DNA of 64,000 nucleotides from Clostridium sp. CAG:1000 (GTDB lineage Bacteria; Bacillota_I; Bacilli_A; RF39; UBA660): NCBI GenBank assembly GCA_000436975.1, contig HG000336.1, positions 26,519 to 90,518 of the forward strand, read 5' to 3'. Shown piece by piece: positions 58,884 to 64,000 of this stretch (position 1 is its first letter; each line of letters starts with the position of its first letter). The notes under the pieces were generated by a model. It saw only the letters and a program-made list of their open reading frames with translations, ran no database searches and was not told where the DNA came from. The position numbers and the translations under genes were made by a program.

Positions 58884-59603
58884 TTATTGATTATTATTGT
58901 CGTTTATATTTGTAAATTGTGGTGCATCAACAGTTGGAACATTCTCTTGTGGCATTGGCTGTGGTGTTACTGGTTCCGTTGGCACGAATGTACTTGTGGG
59001 AATCTCATTAACCTGAGTTTCACTTACAGTTGTTTGCCCCTGTGGCATAGGGTGTTGATTCAACGGTTGTTGATTCATTGGCTGTTGATTCATTGGTTGC
59101 TGATTATTTACCATATTTTGAGCATTGTTCATTTGTTGATTATTCATGCCTTGATAATTATTATTCATACCTTGATAATTATTGTTCATATTCTGATTAA
59201 CAGGCATTGAACTATCAAAACTCATAATTAATACACATATTGGCATAAAGAATATAGTACACACAGCAAATCCAGTTGATTTACCTAACTTTTTAGCTAT
59301 TTGAAAATATGCGACTAAAGTACAAATACCATTAACACCAGGAATTAATGATAACCACCCTGGTAAATCTCCCATTTCAAATAGTACCCACATATTATAA
59401 ATTGGAACGATTGGCGCCCATCCTGGTCTATTAAACTTTTTATAAAGCTTAATCATAGCAATTAGTAAAACAACAAGTACCGCTATAGATATTATTCCAG
59501 CTACTGCTAATGTAGGCCCTGCAGATGCGCTAAAAGAACTATCGAAACTATCTATTGGCATAGAATCATATCCTCCATATCCATAATCATAACTATAATC
59601 CAT
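58884..59603 (-). CDS. DUF5684-like membrane protein with Q/N/M/P-rich low-complexity C-terminal tail
   Basis: PGWAPIVPIYNMWVLFE...GWLSLIPGVNGI core with 3 TM. The tail is NNNYQGMNNNYQGMNNQQMNN...QQPMNQQPMNQQPLNQ, encoded by tandem DNA repeats at 59040-59200. Confidence 0.5.
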   Translation of the reverse strand: MDYSYDYGYGGYDSMPIDSFDSSFSASAGPTLAVAGIISIAVLVVLLIAMIKLYKKFNRPGWAPIVPIYNMWVLFEMGDLPGWLSLIPGVNGICTLVAYFQIAKKLGKSTGFAVCTIFFMPICVLIMSFDSSMPVNQNMNNNYQGMNNNYQGMNNQQMNNAQNMVNNQQPMNQQPMNQQPLNQHPMPQGQTTVSETQVNEIPTSTFVPTEPVTPQPMPQENVPTVDAPQFTNINDNNNQ

Positions 59604-59665
59604 CCTTACTTCCTCCTACTCTATTATATATTAAAAGTATATCATTATGATATACTTATGTCAAT

Positions 59666-60940
59666 TCAGTCTAGACTAAAATTTATATTTTCTTTACTAA
59701 GTTTTATCTTGTAAATCTCATTAATTTTATAATTGCCTTTTAATTTTATTGGTATGTAATCACTAGTAAATCCATGTAAATAACCATCTTGCTTAACTTC
59801 TTCTATTAAAACGTCATCTTCTTTATCAATATGTTTTAAATAATACTCTTTTTCTAACTTATTTGATAAATCTATTAACCTTCTTACTCTATCTTTCTTA
59901 ATATTACCAGGTATTTTATCTTTCATTCTTGAAGCAACTGTACCACTTCTATCAGAATAAGGAAATACATGTATTTTAGTAAAGCCAATTTCTTCACAAA
60001 AATCTAATGTTTCTTTAAAATCCTCTTCAGTTTCTCCAGGGAACCCTACGATAACATCCGTAGTAAGTGAAATATCATTTCTATTTTCTCTTATTTTATC
60101 AACCAACTTTTTAAAGTATTTTTTATCATATCTTCTATTCATTAATTTTAATATATGATCACTACCTGCTTGTAGTGGTATATGCAAATGCGATACAAAT
60201 TTATTATTATTCTTAATAATATCCATCATTTTATCATCTAGTTCGACTATTTCCACAGAAGAAAGTCTTATTCTCTTAATTTGATCAATTTTTGATATTT
60301 CGTTTATTAAATCAGATAATCTTTTACCATCACTATTATATTGACCAGTATGAATTCCTGATAAAACAATTTCCTTGTGACCTGATAAAGCAAGATCATT
60401 TACTTCCATAAGACATTTATTAAACTCTTTACTTCTAACTCTTCCTCTTACATATGGAATAATACAATAACTACAAAAATTATTACATCCATCTTCTATT
60501 TTAATAAACGCTCTATGATGATGTTTATATCCTTTAATTTCCATATCATCAAAGTCTATATCATCTTTATTCATATCTACAAAATCAATAATTCTTTTAT
60601 GATTAGATTCATATTCTTTTAAATATTCAAATACTTTATGTTTGTTTTTATTGCCCAAAATAATGTCAGCATCAATTAAATCTTCTATTTCAGAATTTCT
60701 AAATTGACAAAAACAACCCATTGCGATTACAATTGCATCTTTATTGTTCTTTTTTATATTATTAATTACTTGTTTACTTTTATTATCAGCAGTATTAGTA
60801 ACAGTACATGTATTTATTATACATACATCTGCATTTTCTTCTACTTCTTCATAACCTTCTTCTAAAAATAAATTTCTTATGAATTCACTTTCATAAGAAT
60901 TTACTTTACATCCAAGTGTTTTAATCAAAAACTTTTTCAT
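59666..60940 (-). CDS. mtaB: MiaB-like tRNA methylthiotransferase, probably MtaB
   Basis: N-terminal MTTase domain (LGCKVNSYESE), radical-SAM CNNFCSYC, and a C-terminal TRAM domain. Gene order rsmE…mtaB matches yqeU-yqeV in Bacillus. Confidence 0.75.
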   Translation of the reverse strand: MKKFLIKTLGCKVNSYESEFIRNLFLEEGYEEVEENADVCIINTCTVTNTADNKSKQVINNIKKNNKDAIVIAMGCFCQFRNSEIEDLIDADIILGNKNKHKVFEYLKEYESNHKRIIDFVDMNKDDIDFDDMEIKGYKHHHRAFIKIEDGCNNFCSYCIIPYVRGRVRSKEFNKCLMEVNDLALSGHKEIVLSGIHTGQYNSDGKRLSDLINEISKIDQIKRIRLSSVEIVELDDKMMDIIKNNNKFVSHLHIPLQAGSDHILKLMNRRYDKKYFKKLVDKIRENRNDISLTTDVIVGFPGETEEDFKETLDFCEEIGFTKIHVFPYSDRSGTVASRMKDKIPGNIKKDRVRRLIDLSNKLEKEYYLKHIDKEDDVLIEEVKQDGYLHGFTSDYIPIKLKGNYKINEIYKIKLSKENINFSLD

Positions 60941-61632
60941 TCTAACGATAACCTAAACTCCTTAAGAATGCTTAAGAATTCTTCTTCTTTTAAATAATTC
61001 TCTGGTGGAGTTACTTCCTTTTCTTGTACTTCTATTTTATTTACTTTAGGTGCACCACTACCTATATCTTCCTCTGTATAAGTTAAAGATATATTATTAG
61101 CATTTTTAATTAATTGCTCATAGCTAATTATTGCTTTCTTTTCCTGCTCTTCTTCATATTTTTGTATAGCAACTTGATTATCATTAAGGCCTAAAGAATT
61201 CATTCTATCTTTAGTCTTCTTTTCAAGTTCTTCTCTTGATATAACAGCCTCTTCTTCCTCATTAGCTTCATAATCATTTATAACATCATCATATGTTTTA
61301 ACTTGTGGAACACTTACTTGTGATAATAATGGTTCATTTTCTTTAACGGCATCTTCTTGTGTTTGTGCAATAAGTTTATCTAAATCATCTAATATATCAC
61401 TGTCTTCATCTATTTTTTCGATATTGTCATCTACCTTACTCTTGACAACTTTATCATTTATAGATATTTCCTTAGGTTTATTTTTTCCCATATTAACAAT
61501 TTCAAGATACTGCATCCTTGTTTTTATAAGTGCCATAATAAGCACAACAAAAATCATAAGCATCAATACTAAAAATACTAAAAAATAATCTCCAGTCATA
61601 AATATTTCCATAAATTCATTAAAGTTTTCCAT
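60937..61632 (-). CDS. hypothetical membrane-anchored acidic protein
   Basis: N-terminal TM followed by an E/D/K-rich region. Overlaps both neighbours by 4 and 14 nt. Confidence 0.4.
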   Translation of the reverse strand: MENFNEFMEIFMTGDYFLVFLVLMLMIFVVLIMALIKTRMQYLEIVNMGKNKPKEISINDKVVKSKVDDNIEKIDEDSDILDDLDKLIAQTQEDAVKENEPLLSQVSVPQVKTYDDVINDYEANEEEEAVISREELEKKTKDRMNSLGLNDNQVAIQKYEEEQEKKAIISYEQLIKNANNISLTYTEEDIGSGAPKVNKIEVQEKEVTPPENYLKEEEFLSILKEFRLSLE

Positions 61633-62350
61633 TTTTATCCCATTCCTTCAAGTATTTTAAAATAGATGCGACTGCTAGTGGAACTGTTTCTGTTCTTAAA
61701 ACATCACTTCCAAGAGATGTTTTAATAAATCCTTTTTCTTCTAACATATCTTCTTCTATTTTTGAAAGGCCACCCTCTGGCCCAAATACTAAATTAATTG
61801 TATCATGAGAGTTTTTAGGTGTTAATACTTTACATATACTTTTTACATTCTCTTTGTCAAGTGAACACATTATATTTACACCTGATATACATTCAATGCT
61901 GTTAGGAGATATAATAGAATCTAACTCTGGTTTAGTTATTCTATATGATTGTTCTGCTGCCTCTTTAATGATTTTATTCCATCTAGTAAGCTTCTTTTCA
62001 TAATCTTTTTTTGGTAACTTGTATTTACAATGAGCATACTCAACTACTACAAATTTAGTAACGCCAAGTTCTGTACCATGTTTAAATACATAGCTCATTT
62101 TTTCATCAACTAAGAAAGGCACATAGACAATAAACTCACTTTGCTCCTCCTCACTTTTAAACACACTTTTAATATTACATGAAGTTAAATCTCTATTAAG
62201 AGAACATATATAACTTGTTTTATCATACACAACAATTATTTCATCATTTTCTTTCATTCTCATAACATTTTTAATATGATTAAGATCATATTCATACAAA
62301 TATAAAACATTGTCTTTTTTACTTTTAGAAAAATATTGTTGCATACTCAT
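61619..62350 (-). CDS. rsmE: 16S rRNA (uracil1498-N3)-methyltransferase RsmE
   Basis: 243 aa. C-terminal SPOUT knot GPEGGLS. Confidence 0.8.
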   Translation of the reverse strand: MSMQQYFSKSKKDNVLYLYEYDLNHIKNVMRMKENDEIIVVYDKTSYICSLNRDLTSCNIKSVFKSEEEQSEFIVYVPFLVDEKMSYVFKHGTELGVTKFVVVEYAHCKYKLPKKDYEKKLTRWNKIIKEAAEQSYRITKPELDSIISPNSIECISGVNIMCSLDKENVKSICKVLTPKNSHDTINLVFGPEGGLSKIEEDMLEEKGFIKTSLGSDVLRTETVPLAVASILKYLKEWDKNGKL

Positions 62351-62356
62351 ACCTCC

Positions 62357-62638
62357 TTATTTTAAAATCACTATTGTTTCACCTATATTAAAGTTGTTTA
62401 ATCTATATTCCAAAACTCTTTTGTCTGTTTTTAAATATTCATGAGTGGATTCTTTTAATATACCTGTTCCTTTACCATGAACAATTACAATTTTTTTTGA
62501 ATCTATACGAACACAGTTATCAATAAAGTTTTTAACCATTGCTACAGCTCCATACCTATCAAAACCATGTATATCTAAATGTGGAGCATTATATAAAAAT
62601 GGGTCTATAAATTTTTTCATAACATCACTCTTTTTCAA
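62357..62638 (-). CDS. small stand-alone Smr-domain protein
   Basis: HLDIHG...VIVHGKGTGILK Smr motif pair. Confidence 0.55.
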   Translation of the reverse strand: MKKSDVMKKFIDPFLYNAPHLDIHGFDRYGAVAMVKNFIDNCVRIDSKKIVIVHGKGTGILKESTHEYLKTDKRVLEYRLNNFNIGETIVILK

Positions 62639-62702
62639 CTTAATTATAATAAATGAAACATTAAATTACAATATAAGTTTCATAATTATAAATTATTATA
62701 CA

Positions 62703-62736
62703 AGAAAAAAAGTAAGTAATCAATAATTACTTACTT
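62703..62736 (-). terminator. intrinsic terminator after rplT (overlaps its stop codon)
   Basis: On the minus strand, AAGTAAGTAAT-TATTG-ATTACTTACTT followed by TTTTTTTCTTG. Confidence 0.7.
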
Positions 62737-63260
62737 AATGCTTCAACTAAATCAGCTTTCTTCATAGTTGATTTAACTTCAATGCCATTCTTTTGACATT
62801 CAGCTTTTAATTCAGCTACTGTTAACTTAGAATAATCTTTTTTAGTTTCTACAGCTTTTTCAACTTTCTTTTCAACTGTTTCTTTTTCTTTTTTAGGAGC
62901 TTTTCCTTCTAATGCATCTTTAGAAATTTGAACTAATTTAGTAAATTCTTCTGGTGCGAAGATAGCAAGTTCACTAAGCATTTTTCTATTAATATCAATA
63001 TTTGCTTTCTTAAGACCATTAATGAATTTAGAATAAACTATATCATTATTTCTACAAGCAGCATTGATTCTTGTAATCCATAATTTTCTAAAGTCATTAG
63101 CTCTTTTCTTTCTATCATTATAGCTATAAGCTCCACTATGGAATAATTGTTCTTGAGCAGTCTTATATAATCTATGTTTACTTCCAAAGTATCCTTTAGC
63201 TCTCTTTAATACTTTTCTTCTTCTATTTTTAGATACTATTCCACCTTTAACTCTTGTCAT
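62727..63260 (-). CDS. rplT: 50S ribosomal protein L20 with ~60 aa C-terminal extension carrying a SAP/Rho_N-like motif
   Basis: The N-terminal 118 aa is a canonical L20 (MTRVKGG...LSELAIF). The extension ...[38 protein letters not shown] is in frame with no intervening stop. Confidence 0.85.
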   Translation of the reverse strand: MTRVKGGIVSKNRRRKVLKRAKGYFGSKHRLYKTAQEQLFHSGAYSYNDRKKRANDFRKLWITRINAACRNNDIVYSKFINGLKKANIDINRKMLSELAIFAPEEFTKLVQISKDALEGKAPKKEKETVEKKVEKAVETKKDYSKLTVAELKAECQKNGIEVKSTMKKADLVEALSK

Positions 63261-63270
63261 CTTGTACCTC

Positions 63271-63462
63271 CTACTTTACTAGTCCTTTGTATCTTTTAGC
63301 ATCTCCGCTACTAAGTACAGAACCCTTTCTTGCTTTTCTATTGAAATCTCTAGATTTCTTTCCACTATTATGGTTAGCTCCTACATGTCCTATTTTAGTT
63401 GAACCTGAGTTTCTAACTTGAATTTTTTTACTTATACCACCATGTGATTTCATTTTTGGCAT
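63271..63462 (-). CDS. rpmI: 50S ribosomal protein L35
   Basis: MPKMKSHGG...RYKGLVK. Confidence 0.9.
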   Translation of the reverse strand: MPKMKSHGGISKKIQVRNSGSTKIGHVGANHNSGKKSRDFNRKARKGSVLSSGDAKRYKGLVK

Positions 63463-63476
63463 ATTTTTCTTCCTCC

Positions 63477-63998
63477 TTATTTTTTTGGTGCTAAGAATAG
63501 TTGCATACTTCTACCTTCCATTTTAGGCATAACTTCTATATCTGCAACATCATTTAGACTTTCTGCAAATTTCATTATAACATCACGACCTAACTCAGGG
63601 TGTGCAAGTTGTCTACCTTTAAATCTAACAGCAACTTTAATTTTATGTCCTTTTTCTAGATAATTTCTAGCATTTCTAGACTTAGTATCAAAGTCACCCT
63701 TATCAATAGTGACACTTAATCTATACTCTTTCATTTCTAGATTTTGTTCCCTTTGTTTCTTTTTTGCTTCTTTTTCTCTTTTTTGTTTCTCATATCGAAA
63801 CTTATTGTAATCAATAATCTTACATACTGGATTTTTAGGATCATTATTTAATAATACTAAATCAAGTCCAGCAGCCTTTGATAAAGTTAAAGCATCTGAT
63901 ATATTCTTGTTGCCCATCTTTTCTCCATTAGGTCCAATTACCATTACATTAGGATAAGTTATTTGTTCGTTAATTTGAACTTCGTTTTGCTTAGCTAT
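63477..63998 (-). CDS. infC: translation initiation factor IF-3 (5' end at or beyond the window edge; possible non-AUG AUA/AUU start)
   Basis: In frame upstream of the track Met: AIAKQNEVQINEQITYPNVMVIGPNGEKMG..., aligning with IF-3 N-termini. infC typically uses AUU. Confidence 0.8.
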   Translation of the reverse strand: MAKQNEVQINEQITYPNVMVIGPNGEKMGNKNISDALTLSKAAGLDLVLLNNDPKNPVCKIIDYNKFRYEKQKREKEAKKKQREQNLEMKEYRLSVTIDKGDFDTKSRNARNYLEKGHKIKVAVRFKGRQLAHPELGRDVIMKFAESLNDVADIEVMPKMEGRSMQLFLAPKK

Positions 63999-64000
63999 TG

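Noticed and set aside
59040-59200. Tandem repeats (ggttgttgattcattggctgttgattcattgg… / …cataccttgataattatt…) that could be mistaken for a CRISPR or minisatellite
   Set aside because: They are in-frame coding repeats for the Q/N/M-rich tail of the 58884..59603 protein. There are no spacer-repeat periodicity or cas genes.
1-64000. Insertion sequences / transposases / integrases that might explain the rearranged patches
   Set aside because: None found. The only recombinase is the chromosomal XerC/D homolog next to deoB. It has housekeeping context and no flanking inverted repeats.

Overview
This 64 kb window is a very AT-rich chromosomal segment from a low-GC, Gram-positive, spore-forming Firmicute (Clostridia-like). 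The best-supported finding is a previously undescribed TasA-type secreted-fibre/biofilm-matrix locus at 21.6-27.1 kb. It is built around an unusual SipW-type signal peptidase fused to a ~250 aa polytopic membrane domain. Behind that sit an rnhC module flanked by 240 bp direct repeats that splits a YhcG-like nuclease, a degraded three-copy DUF6273-like family, and an L20 with a SAP/Rho_N-like tail.

The organism is inferred from the gene content: YjcZ-like and SpoIIM sporulation genes, a comN-secDF neighbourhood, and an rsmE-mtaB neighbourhood. Almost every gene lies on the minus strand.

The housekeeping backbone is:
- tsaC, cls, lepB, rplS and ftsW/rodA
- a translationally coupled tmk-NT5C nucleotidase-thyA-folA operon
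- mnmA, a ZIP zinc transporter and a CaCA antiporter
- rlmD, deoB, xerC/D and rarA
- rnhC, mutS, dtd, relA and secDF
- two M16 peptidases, deoD, ftsK and ezrA
- mtaB, rsmE, rplT, rpmI and infC

Several accessory or decaying patches are interleaved with this backbone:
1. A tRNA-Lys(CUU) abuts a 5'-truncated paralog of a three-copy secreted-domain family (DUF6273-like, ending in WWLRSA...SPAFRIG). All three copies in the window are damaged.
2. Two tandem paralogous membrane-anchored Big_2 + NlpC/P60 (C40) putative cell-wall hydrolases.
3. A locus (21.6-27.1 kb) encoding an archaeal/ER-type SipW-like signal peptidase fused to a ~250 aa polytopic membrane domain. With it are three paralogous secreted proteins carrying SipW-cognate-type signal peptides and a bitopic membrane protein.
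4. Three degraded copies of a YhcG/DUF1016-type PD-(D/E)XK nuclease. One is split by an in-frame TAG. Its 3' end is duplicated as a 240 bp direct repeat flanking rnhC. A DinD-like pseudogene lies nearby.
5. A secreted Cys-rich protein plus an ABC-transporter operon next to a tRNA-Met(CAU).

Other oddities are an L20 with a SAP/Rho_N-like C-terminal extension and two unannotated small ORFs. One of these encodes a 38 aa Arg/Asn/Ser-rich basic peptide. No CRISPR array, rRNA or recognisable IS/transposase was seen.
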